From Octopus sinensis (lineage: Eukaryota): a stretch of DNA of 24,374 bases. The stretch is from positions 1 to 24,374 of the forward strand of contig NW_021836403.1 of assembly GCF_006345805.1 (NCBI RefSeq), written 5' to 3'. The notes below the pieces were generated by a model. The model ran no database searches. It had not been told where the DNA came from and worked only from the letters and a program-made list of their open reading frames with translations. Position numbers and translations under genes: made by a program. This document shows, one piece after another, positions 9,135 to 18,837 of this stretch. Every line of letters begins with the position of its first letter. Within the stretch, counting starts at the first letter, position 1.

Positions 9135-9359
9135 ATCCCACATAACTGTTTATTTATCTTTTGGAATTTTCAAAAAGTCTTTGCTAATTTCTGTTCTACA
9201 CAGGAATTCATAAAATTAGGAAAGAGAAAAAATGCCAGTGTTTTAACTGTGCTACGTTTCAGGTGTGTTCAATGAAGTGTTAAAAGATTTAGCTTAAAAA
9301 CACTCAGAACTTTTCGGACAACCTAATATTATAATTCCATTGACATCTGCGATTATTAA

Positions 9360-9954
9360 CCCTTTAGCATTTCTCTAGAAAAACGCAGACGCCGTGGTGA
9401 TCTCATTCTCGCTCACAACATCATAAGCGGAAAGTGTAACCTCTCAAATGAGCTGTTCTTCACTCCTGCTCCAGAGCGTCGGCTGCGGGGTCGCTCTGAA
9501 AAGCTCTATCTGAGACGATTTCATCTCAATCGAAGGAGAGGGGCTTTCTCCGTCCGGGTTGCGGATCCGTGGAATAAGCTGCCGGACGAGATAATGAAGA
9601 TGCCGACGGCTGCTCGGTTCAAAGCCTCTCTTGACCAGAAATGGCCTGAACTCTTTGTATGACCACCCTCCCTGTACATAACTCCATGTCCCCTTCGTGG
9701 CCTTGCTTTTTGCTTTTTGAGCCAAAAAATTAACTTAACTTAATTTATTTCAACTAGCCACATCTCACCCAAATATTCTACCTGTGTTTTATGTTAAAAC
9801 CAACCAAATCCAGCCTCTTACACTTGTCCTACAATGTCATTCTAAAAAGAAGCAATTATATCATAAAAATTTCAAAGCTATGAGATAATCCATGATTAAT
9901 CTGAAATAAATAAAAAAGCATAACATTTGACCGAGTAATCTGAATGCTAAAGGG
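9360..9954. mobile_element. piggyBac-type MITE interrupted by a CR1-like fragment
   Basis: TTAA (9356-9359) + CCCTTTAGCATT at the left end; AATGCTAAAGGG + TGAA (9955-9958) at the right end. Confidence 0.75.
9372..9742 (+). mobile_element. 3' end of a CR1/L2-group LINE
   Basis: Open frame SLEKRRRRGDLILAHNIISGKCNLSNELFF..RGAFSVRVADPWNKLPDEI..FKASLDQKWPELFV* (stop 9660-9662), short 3' UTR and (AACTT)n tail. The track lists only the antisense shadow ORF. Confidence 0.9.
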
Positions 9955-10112
9955 TGAAACTAGCCATTTCCAGCTCAAATATTCTATTTGTTTTTTGTTC
10001 AAAGTGGCTAGATCCAGCTTCTCACACCTACTCTGCAATGTCTTTCTAAGAATAAACAATCACATCATCGAAATCTTGACACTACAAGGCAATTCATGAT
10101 TAATTCAAAATT

Positions 10113-10502
10113 TCTCTATATATAAAGCTGAAGTTGACTATGTGTAACAGGTTTGGTAGCCTTCAACTAACACTATCTCCTCCGAGACCCTGCGGTGCAA
10201 GTTGACCAAATTTGAGAGTATGATAGAAGAAGGCTTGCTCTTCCTTTAGTAGAAGAAAAAATTCAAATCGGACCATGTTAACACCAAAAATTATTTACAT
10301 TAAAAAGGTGCTTTTTTTCTATGAAAATCCCGATTTTTTACGATCTTTTGACTGCTGTGTCGCCATTTTTCGGTGTATTTCAACCAGAAAAATGTTCACT
10401 TAAAGAGAATAACAAGCTACATAATGCAACATTTTTACTATTCAAAAATTCCAATTCTAAAGGGTCGAAACAAACCTGAGCAACGCTGGGCGATACTGCT
10501 AG
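10113..10502 (+). mobile_element. Non-autonomous Helitron, copy 1
   Basis: 5' TC(TC)TATATATAAAGCTG; 3' decayed hairpin CCTGAGCAACGCTGGG + CGATACTG + CTAG|T. Confidence 0.8.
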
Positions 10503-10891
10503 TATATATTTAAAGCTGAAGTTGTCTGTGTGTGACAGGTTTGGTAGCCTTCAACCAACACTATCTGCTCCGAGACCTTGCGGCGCAAGTTGACCAAAAT
10601 TGAGAGTATGATAGAAGAAGGCTTGTTCTTCCTTCCGTAGAAGAAAAAATTCAAATCGGACTATGTTAACACCAAAAATTATTTACATTAAAAAGGTGCT
10701 TTTTTTTCTATGAAAATCCCTATTTTTTACGATTTTTTGACTGCTGTGTCGCCATTTTTCGGTGTATTTCAACCAGAAAAATGTTCACTTAAAGAGAATA
10801 ACAAGCTACATAATGCAAAATTTTTACTTTTCAAAATTTCAAATTCTAAAGGGTTGAAACAAACCCAAGAAACGCCGGGCGATACTGCTAG
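10503..10891 (+). mobile_element. Non-autonomous Helitron, copy 2 (head-to-tail)
   Basis: Collinear with copy 1; ends AACGCCGGGCGATACTGCTAG|T. Confidence 0.8.
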
Positions 10892-11197
10892 TAGATTAAT
10901 AAGGATTACATTTGACAGAGTAATCTGAAAGTTAAAAGGCTAAATTAACAAATATTTTCATACTTGGGTGTTTGCTATCATGTGACAGAGAACATTTAAA
11001 GTATACTCTTTGGCATCATGGGTAATATCAGCAAAAACAATCGATTGAAACTTATTATCAGCTTTCGTTAAAAAGCGATAAGAATGAAAATCTTGTCTTA
11101 TCACCAAACTATAAACTGAGAACAAGAAAATGTTACAAGATGTATTTTAGGCAATCATCCGATACATATATATTGGCTCTTATTAATCCAGATACAT

Positions 11198-11233
<36 letters not shown>

Positions 11234-11240
11234 GCACACA

Positions 11241-11627
11241 TACTCTTTTACTTGTTTCAGTCATTTGACTGCAGCCATGCTGGAGCACCGCCTTTAGTCG
11301 AGCAATCGACCCCGGGACTTATTCTTTGTAAGCCCAGTACTTATTCTATCGGTCTCTTTTGCCGAATCGCTAAGTGACGTGGACGTAAACACACCAGCAT
11401 CGGTTGTCAAGCAATGCTAGGGGGACAAACACACACACACACACACACACATACATATATACGATAGGCTTCTTTCAGTTTCCGTCTACCAAATCCACTC
11501 ACAAGGCATTGGTCGGCCCGGGGCTATAGCAGAAGACACTTGCCCAAGATGCCACGCAGTGGGACTGAACCCGAAACCATGTGGTTGGTTAGCAAGCTAC
11601 TTACCACACAGCCACTCCTGCGCCTAT
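11241..11627 (-). mobile_element. SINE family A
   Basis: Full reverse-complement copy flanked by (CA)n. Confidence 0.85.
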
Positions 11628-11732
11628 GCACACACACACACAACAGCGACATTTGTTTGGAACAGGGATTCTCAACCAGGGTCTATATGGCCCATGGGGG
11701 TACCTATAAAATTTTGTTGTTAAAATTTATCT

Positions 11733-11850
11733 GCGTGACTCAGTGGTTAGAGCGTCAGGCTCACAATCATGAGGTAGTGAGTTCAACTCCCATACCGGGG
11801 CTGCATGTTGTGTTCTTGAGCAAGACACTTTATTCCATGTTGCTCCAGTT
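11733..11850 (+). mobile_element. tRNA-derived SINE, family C (5' part)
   Basis: GACTCAGTGGTTAGAGCG..CTCACAA..GAGTTCAACTCC head then TGTGTTCTTGAGCAAGACACTT; homologous to 20512-20660. Confidence 0.75.
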
Positions 11851-11859
11851 ATACTATCA

Positions 11860-12220
11860 TCACCACCACTCCCACTAACACCTTCACCACCAACAATAAT
11901 ATTGCTTCTACCACTACCACCAATACCATCACAAACCTGTACTATGATCAACAATAACACCACTGCCACCACCTAAACAAATATCAACACCACCACAACT
12001 ATAACTGCTACCCCCCCCCATCATAAACAACACCACCACCACCATCATGAAGACAACCACCACTATCAGTACAACCACCACTACCACAACCCCACTGCCA
12101 CCATTATCACTAGCACAACCACCGATACTTCCACCAGAACCATCAGCATCGACACCACCACCACCACAACCTTTACTATCACCACCAACACCACCCCGAC
12201 GACCACCACCACTACCTATA
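11860..12220. repeat. (CAC/ACC/CAA)n low-complexity tract
   Basis: Imperfect trinucleotide repeats visible directly. Confidence 0.9.
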
Positions 12221-12240
12221 TCAAACTACTGTCTTTACAG

Positions 12241-12280
12241 TGGAAAATACGATGATGACAATCTTAACGAGTTAATTAAA
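12241..12280 (+). CDS. Candidate 40-nt internal exon of an unidentified host gene (GKYDDDNLNELIK)
   Basis: Acceptor CTGTCTTTACAG ending at 12240, donor AA|GTAAGA at 12281, exactly one open frame, non-repetitive sequence. No homology recognised. Confidence 0.3.
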
Positions 12281-12660
12281 GTAAGATGAAATGATAACGA
12301 GTCACCATCGTTAACATTGATATGCATCTTTGTACCAGCTTGTAATCTGTGTCTGTCTGTGTGTCCCTCGATGGTGAGATGATGTAATGGTGTCGACTTT
12401 GTTTGGCCACAGGTAACAGCTGATCCATTCATGACCATCACACCTTTTTTTCCAGACCTAGTGTATCTGGGACTACATTTACTAATGTATAGTATAGTAG
12501 TTAGTATTAGTGGCTATAGTTGTTGTTTAGCCCCAGGTCAGTCCTGATCCAGACAGACCTATGATCAAAGACGTTCCATCTGTGACCATCCCATCTTTTG
12601 TTCAGGCATAGTGTATCTAGGACTACATTATCTAATGTATTGTAGTTAGTATTAGAGGCT

Positions 12661-13063
12661 CTCTTTACTCTCTTTTACTCTTTTACTTGTTTCAGTTATT
12701 TGACTGCGGCCATGCTGGAGCACCACCTTTAGTCGAGCAAATCGACCCCGGGACTTATTCTTTGTAAGCCCAGTACTTATTCTATTGGTCTCTTTTGCCG
12801 GACCGCTAAGTGATGGGGACATAAACACACCAGCATCGGTTGTCAAGCAATGCTAGGGAGACAAACACATACACACAAACACACACACACACACACACAA
12901 CACATATATACGACAGGCTTCTTTCAGTTTCCGTCTACCAAATCCACTCACAAGGCATTGGTCGGCCCGGGGCTATAGCAGAAGACACTTACCCAAGATG
13001 CCACGCAGTGGGACTGAACCCAGAACCATGTGGTTGGTTAGCAAGCTACTTACCACACAGCCA
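12661..13063 (-). mobile_element. SINE family A
   Basis: Reverse-complement copy lacking the first ~12 nt of the head. Confidence 0.85.
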
Positions 13064-13250
13064 TGTTCTTTTTATTTTTTAACCCTAGGTCAGTCTTGAT
13101 CCAGGCAGACCTATGATCAAAGATGTTCCAGCTATGACCCTCCCATCTTTTACTCATGCACAGTGTATCTAGGACTACATTATCTAATGTTCATTATAGT
13201 AAATAATTATTAGTAGCACAAAGTTTTAGGTTTCCAGACATAGTGTCTGA

Positions 13251-13652
13251 AGGCACAGGAGTGGCTATGTGGTAAGTAGCTTGCTAACCAACCACATGGT
13301 TCCGGGTTCAGTCCCACTGCGTGGCATCTTGGGCAAGTGTCTTCTGCTATAGCCCCGGGCCGACCAGTGCCTTGTGAGTGGATTTGGTAGACGGAAACTG
13401 AAAGAAGCCTGTCGTATGTATGCATATATATATGTATGTGTGTGTGTGTGTTTGTGTGTATGTGTTTGTCCCCCTAGCATTGCTTGACAACCGATGCTGG
13501 TGTGTTTATGTCCCCGTCACTTAGCGGTTCGGCAAAAGAGACCGATAGAATAAGTACTAGGCTTACAAAGAATAAGTCCCGGGGTCGATTTGCTCGACTA
13601 AAGGCGGTGCTCCAGCATGGCCACAGTCAAATGCCTGAAACAAGTAAAAGAG
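13251..13652 (+). mobile_element. SINE family A
   Basis: Full head-microsatellite-tail structure. Confidence 0.85.
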
Positions 13653-13982
13653 ACAAAGAGCAAAGAGTGTATCTAGGAGTACATTATCTAATGTATAGTA
13701 TTGTAGTTGATACAAGTGGCTGTATATTGTTTAGCCCTGGGTATACAGTATGCAGAAATGATAATGGTGATAAGGAATTTGATAATGCTGCTGCTGATGA
13801 TGATTATGTCTTCACCGCAGCCCTGACTTGTGACCACAGAGTTGATAACAAAGGTCACAAGAAACTATAAAGAGCACTTGTAAAGTATAATCAAGCAAGA
13901 TTTATCTTAAATAATGTGACCATGTGGTGATAAGATAGATATTATTTAAGGAGATAAAATCTTATACATACTTGCCTGTTTG

Positions 13983-14016
<34 letters not shown>

Positions 14017-14065
14017 AGAATCTGTTGATTCTTTTCCTTGGCTTTTGAATTGCACTGTCATTCGT

Positions 14066-14780
14066 ATTTCTTTGTTGCCCACAAGGGGCTAAACACAAAG
14101 GGGACAAACGAAGACAGACAAAGGGATTAAGTTGTTTACATTGACCCCGAAAGGATGAAAGGCAAAGTCGACCTTGGCGGAATTTGAACTCAGAACGTAA
14201 CGACAGACGAAATACCCATTTCTTTACTACCCACAAGGGGCTAAACACAGAGGGGACAAACAAAGACAGACAAATGGATTAAGTCATTTACATCGACCCC
14301 AGTGCGTAACTGGTACTTATTTAATCGACCCCGAAAGGATGAAAGGCAAAGTCGACATCGGCGGAATTTGAACTCAGAACATAACGGCAGATGAAATACC
14401 CATTTCTTTACTACCCACAAGGGGCTAAACACTGAGAAGACAAACAAAGACAGACAAAGGGATTAAGTTGTTTACATTGACCCCGAAAGGATGAAAGGCA
14501 AAGTCGACATCGGCGGAATTTGAACTCAGAACGTAACGGCAGACGAAATACCTATTTCTTTACTATCCACAAGGGGCTAAACACAAAGGAGACAAACAAG
14601 GACAGACAAAGGGATTAAGCCGATTACATCGACCCCAGTGCTGGTACTTAATTTATCGACCCCGAAAGGATGAAAGGCAAAGTCGACCTCAGCGGAATTT
14701 GAACTCAGAACGTAACAGCAGACGAAATATCGCTAAGCATTTTGCCCGGCGTGCTAATGATTCTGCCAGCTCGCCACCTT
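14066..14780 (-). mobile_element. Four-unit tandem multimer of SINE family B (only one unit has the tRNA head start)
   Basis: Units ~14066-14215, 14216-14399, 14400-14551 and 14552-14780 joined at GAAATACC(C/T)ATTTCTTTACTA; units 1 and 3 share the same internal deletion. Confidence 0.85.
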
Positions 14781-15075
14781 ATAATTGCACTATAATTCTA
14801 TTAACAGTAGCAAGATGAATTTGAAGATTTGTGGCAATTTTTTGCTGGCTAAGACCAGTCTCAGATTGCCCAACAACCTCTTTGAAAATCTAACAGTTCT
14901 GCTGAATTTTTTGTGCATGGCTTGGTTACTCTTCGCAAATGTTTAATATAATGGCACCTGGAATGAAAAAGAATAATTACATTGTAAATTCTACACTACT
15001 GAAAACATATTAAGACACTTAGATCAGAAATTTAAAAAATTAAAGGTGTCTATTTACTTTCTGCATGTCTGTGTA

Positions 15076-15106
<31 letters not shown>

Positions 15107-15113
15107 GCATACA

Positions 15114-15530
15114 TAGGTGCAGGAGTGGCCGTGTAGTAAGTAGTTTGTTTACCAACCACATGGTTCCGGGTTCAGTCCTACTGCGTGGCACCTTGGGCAA
15201 GTGTTTTCTACTGTAGCCTAGGGCCGACCAATGACTTGAGAGTGGATTTGGTAGACAGAAACTGAAAGAAGCCCATCATATATATGTATATATTTATATA
15301 TGTATGTGTGTGTATATGTTTGTGTGTCTGTGTTTGTCCCCCTAGCATTGCTTGACAACCGATGCTGGTGTGTTTATGTCCCCGTCACCTAGCGGTTCGG
15401 CAAAAAGAGACCGATAGAATAAGTACTGGGCTTACAAAGAATAAGTCCCGGGGTCGAGTTTCTCGATTAAAGGCGGTGCTCCAGCATGGCCGCAGTCAAA
15501 TGACTGAAACAAGTAAAAGAGATAAAAGAG
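15114..15530 (+). mobile_element. SINE family A
   Basis: Full structure. Confidence 0.85.
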
Positions 15531-15542
15531 ATACCCTATTCT

Positions 15543-15695
15543 ATGTCATTCAAATTTCAATGACACTGATGTTTTTAAAACTATTTTTGTCCTGTCAGAA
15601 TAAATATTACACAAAGCATGTCATTCAAATTTCAATGACACTGATATTTTTAAAACTATTTTTGTCCTGTCAGAATAAATATTACACAAAGCATG
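15543..15695. repeat. 75-bp direct tandem duplication (1 mismatch)
   Basis: ATGTCATTCAAATTTCAATGACACTGAT...TATTACACAAAGC at 15543 and 15618, ending in an ATG microhomology. Confidence 0.9.
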
Positions 15696-15890
15696 CTCCA
15701 TATCTTGATGTTTGTGTCACCTTCATACATTAACACCTGAAATATTTTCTAGTGCAGCTCTACCAGTAAATAAACCTGCTATCTGTTGTCTAGACAAATG
15801 CAACTTTTACATAAATTTATGTTTGTGTCTGGACTTGGCACAGTGGTCAAGTAGTTCACTTCAAAGCTATGTTTGTCAGTGGTTCGTACC

Positions 15891-16640
15891 AGTTAAGTTA
15901 AGTTCATTTTTTGGCTCAAAAAGCAAAAAGCAAGGCTATGTAGGGGGACATGGAGTTATGTACAGGGAGGGTGTTCATGTAAAGAGTTCAGGCCATTTCT
16001 GGTCAAGAGAGACTTTGAACCGAGTGGTTCGTCGGCATCTTCACTATCTCGTCCGGCAGCTTATTCCATGGATCCGCAACCCGGACAGAGAAAGCCCGTC
16101 TTCTTTCGATTGAGATGAAATCGTCGCAGATAGAGCTTTTCGGAGTGACCCTGCAGCCGTCACTCTGGAGCAGGAGTGAAGAACAGCTCTTTCGAGAGGT
16201 TACACTTTCCGCTTATGATGTTGTGAGCAAGAATGAGATCACTACGGCATCGTCGTTTTTCTAGAGAATAAAGGTCAAGCATCTTCATAAGACAAATGCT
16301 TGAGACCAAGAACCATGCGGGTAGCCAGCTTCTGGACTCTTTCGAGATGATGTATGTCTTTGAGGAGATAAGGAGAAGAGGCTTGAATCCCGTACTCCAA
16401 TATGGGTCTCACCAGCGTAACGTAGAGCGGTAAGAATATGGCTGCTGTGAGCATTCCAAATGACCGTCGAATCGAAAACAGAACTCCGCGTGCTTTGTTG
16501 GCAGCATGGACGCACTGGGCTGAAGGCGAAAAGGAAGAATCCACCAAGATACCCAGGTCCTTTACCTGGTCGGTCCTCTCCAGCAGCCGTTGTATTAAGA
16601 CCGCCAGGGAATACTGCAATACCTGTTTCCTAATAAGGTA
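15891..16640 (-). mobile_element. 5'-truncated CR1/L2-group LINE (same family as 9372-9742), frameshifted
   Basis: LERTDQVKDLGILVDSSF..QCVHAANKARGVL..LYVTLVRPILEYG..LERVQKLATRMV; 3' UTR and (AACTT)n tail match the 9372 copy. The upper boundary is approximate. Confidence 0.9.
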
Positions 16641-16710
16641 AAGTTCTTCATGACTGGTCATTAGGCTGGAGCGAGAAATGCAACTTTCAAAATCAGTAAC
16701 CAAGAACAGA

Positions 16711-16965
16711 TATTTTACATTATTTACATTTGATAGATATTTGTCCTCATCTTGTTTGTTGTTAACAAAATGTTTGACTGATATACCCTCCAGCCCTTCA
16801 TCAAATGTCTTGGGGAAATTTTGAACCTGGGTTCTCATTCCTAAGGTCATTTTCAATGTTGTTGTTATTATTATTGTTGTTGTTGTTCAGGTCACTGCTT
16901 GGAATTGAACTCGGAATCTTGGGGTTAGTAGCCCGCACTCTTAACCACTACACCATATGCCCGTG
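16711..16965 (-). mobile_element. tRNA-headed SINE, family D, with Penelope-like 3' part
   Basis: Sense strand TGGTGTAGTGGTTAAGAG (A box), GAGTTCAATTCC (B box), (AAC/AAT)n linker, then a decayed hammerhead-like motif. A short second head fragment lies at ~17004-17035. Confidence 0.65.
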
Positions 16966-17035
16966 GTGGTGGTAGTCACCACCACTGCCGTCATCGTCGT
17001 CGTCAGGTCACTGCTTAGAATCGAACGCTCTTAAG

Positions 17036-17772
17036 TGCGTGGCATCTTGGGCAAGTGTCTTCTGCTATAGCCCCGGGCCGACCAATGCCTTGTGAGTGGA
17101 TTTGGTAGGTGGAAACTGAAAGAAGCCCGTCGTATATATGTATATATATGTATATGTGTATGTGTGTGTCTGTGTTTGTCCCCCTAGCATTGCTTGATGG
17201 CCGATGCCGGTGTGTTTATGTCCCCGTTACTTGGCGGTTCGGCAAAAGAGACCGATAGAATAAGTACTGGGCTTACAAAGAATAAGTCCCGGGGTCGATT
17301 TGCTCGACTAAAGGCGGTGCTCCAGCATGGCCACAGTCAAATGACTGAAACAAGTAAAAGAGTAAACTTAGCAGTTCGTCAAAAGAGACTGATAGAATAA
17401 GTACTGGGCTTACAAAGAATAAGTCCCGGGGTCGATTTGCTTGACTAAAGGCGGTGCTCCAGCATGGCCGCAGTCAAATGACTGAAACAAGTAAAAGAGT
17501 AAACTTAGCGGTTCGGCAAAAGAGACCGATAGAATAAGTACTAGGCTTACAAAGAATAAGTCCCGGGGTCGATTTGCTCGACTAAAGGCGGTGCTCCAGC
17601 ATGGCTGCAGTCAAATGACTGAAACAAGTAAAAGAGTAAACTTAGCGGTTCGGCAAAAGAGACTGATAGAATAAGTACTAGGCTTACAAAGAATAAGTCC
17701 CGGGGTCGATTTGCTCGACTAAAGGCGGTGCTCCAGCATGGCCACAGTCAAATGACTGAAACAAGTAAAAGA
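17036..17772 (+). mobile_element. 5'-truncated SINE A with its distal 137-bp tail repeated four times
   Basis: CTT(A/G)GC(G/A)GTTCG starts at 17230, 17367, 17504 and 17641. Confidence 0.9.
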
Positions 17773-18200
17773 ATATAAATTTTAGACCTTGAGATTTTAA
17801 ACACTTTTGCTTTGAAAGGATTTAGCAAAAGAAAATCAATCCTTAACAAAGAGTGTAAAAAGTAAAATGAGGAACAGCAAAGGTGTTACAAAATTGATTT
17901 TTACTTGTTAATTCAAATTTTCAAGTGGGTTGCGGAACCTGAAGACGTGAATTTAAGGACTTCAGATTTTGACACAGTGGTTTTTAAAGGATTACACAAT
18001 AAAAAATATATTCTCAGAAACGTATTTAAAAAAATTTGTTTAAAAAGGACTTTTTTTTAGCTCCACCCTATGGAATAAGTTTTCTCATGGATGAGTGAAT
18101 ATGTAGGTCAGTGGTTTGTGTCATAGTGACACTCTTTTACAACTGTGACAGGTACAGATGTCCTAAAGGCTGAACTCTACACACACACACATTATATATA

Positions 18201-18347
18201 CTTCTTTACTACCAGCAAGGGGCTAAACACAGAGTGGACAAACAAGGACAGACAAAGGGATTAAGTCGATTATATCGACTCCAGTGCGTTACTGGTACTT
18301 ATTTAATCGGCCCTGAAAGGATGAAAGGCAAAGTCGACCTCGGCGGA

Positions 18348-18391
<44 letters not shown>

Positions 18392-18800
18392 TATATATAT
18401 ACATACATGTATATACGACGGGCTTTATTCAGTTTCCATCTACCAAAGCCACTCACAAGTATATATATATGTCGACCTCGGCGGCATTTGAACTCCGAAC
18501 GTAAGGGATTAAGTCGATTACATCGACCCCAGTGCGTAACTGGTACTTGATTTATCCACCCCAAAAGGATGAAAGGCAAAGTCGACCTCGTCGGAATTTG
18601 AACTCAGAACGTAAAGACAGAGGAAATACCTATTTCTTTACTACCCACAAGGGGCTAAACACAGAGGAGACAAACAAGGACAGACATAGGTATTAAGTCG
18701 ATTACATCGATCCCAGTGCGTAACTGGTACTTAATTTGTCGACCCCGAAAGGATGAAAGGCAAAGTCGACCTCGGCGGAATTTGAACTCGGAACGTAGTG
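18201..18800 (-). mobile_element. Cluster of SINE B fragments with (TA)n and a small SINE A piece
   Basis: Three GAAAGGCAAAGTCGACCTCG cores; junction GAAATACCTATTTCTTTACTA at ~18623-18643. Confidence 0.8.
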
Positions 18801-18837
18801 ACAGACATCCACACACACAAATGTGTATTAATATAAA

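Larger units (their letters stand above)
9957..10943. mobile_element. Second tandem copy of the piggyBac-type MITE body, interrupted by two Helitrons
   Basis: 9957-10110 resembles 9752-9900; a decayed right end ATTACATTTGACAGAGTAATCTGAAAGTTAAAAGG-CTAA lies at ~10904-10943. Confidence 0.65.
12430..13742 (-). repeat. Reverse-oriented array of the same ~150-bp unit as 7473-8279, split by two SINE A copies
   Basis: AGTGTATCTAGGACTACATTATCTAATGT and GACCTATGATCAAAGA(T/C)GTTCC occur in segments 12430-12660 and 13080-13200; the first motif also occurs at 13665-13742. Confidence 0.85.

Noticed and set aside
11663-11720. hAT-like terminus CAGGGATTCTCAACC
   Set aside because: No matching second TIR or 8-bp TSD was found; too short to support a feature.
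11733-11800. tRNA genes here and at ~16900-16965 and ~20590-20660
   Set aside because: A/B boxes and anticodon-like loops are present, but acceptor stems do not pair and each continues into a shared SINE body.
8521-12220. Mirror symmetry of the GGT tract (8525-8660) and the CAC tract (11860-12220) as part of a large inverted repeat
   Set aside because: Low-complexity similarity only; adjacent unique sequences do not align.
12047-12289. Thr/Pro-rich mucin- or extensin-like ORF
   Set aside because: Imperfect (CAC)n microsatellite; only its last 40 nt are kept as an exon candidate.
16641-16856. N-terminal 70 aa of ORF 16275..16856 as part of the LINE protein
   Set aside because: It runs through SINE D and unrelated DNA; CR1 similarity is clear only from about LERTDQVKDLG.
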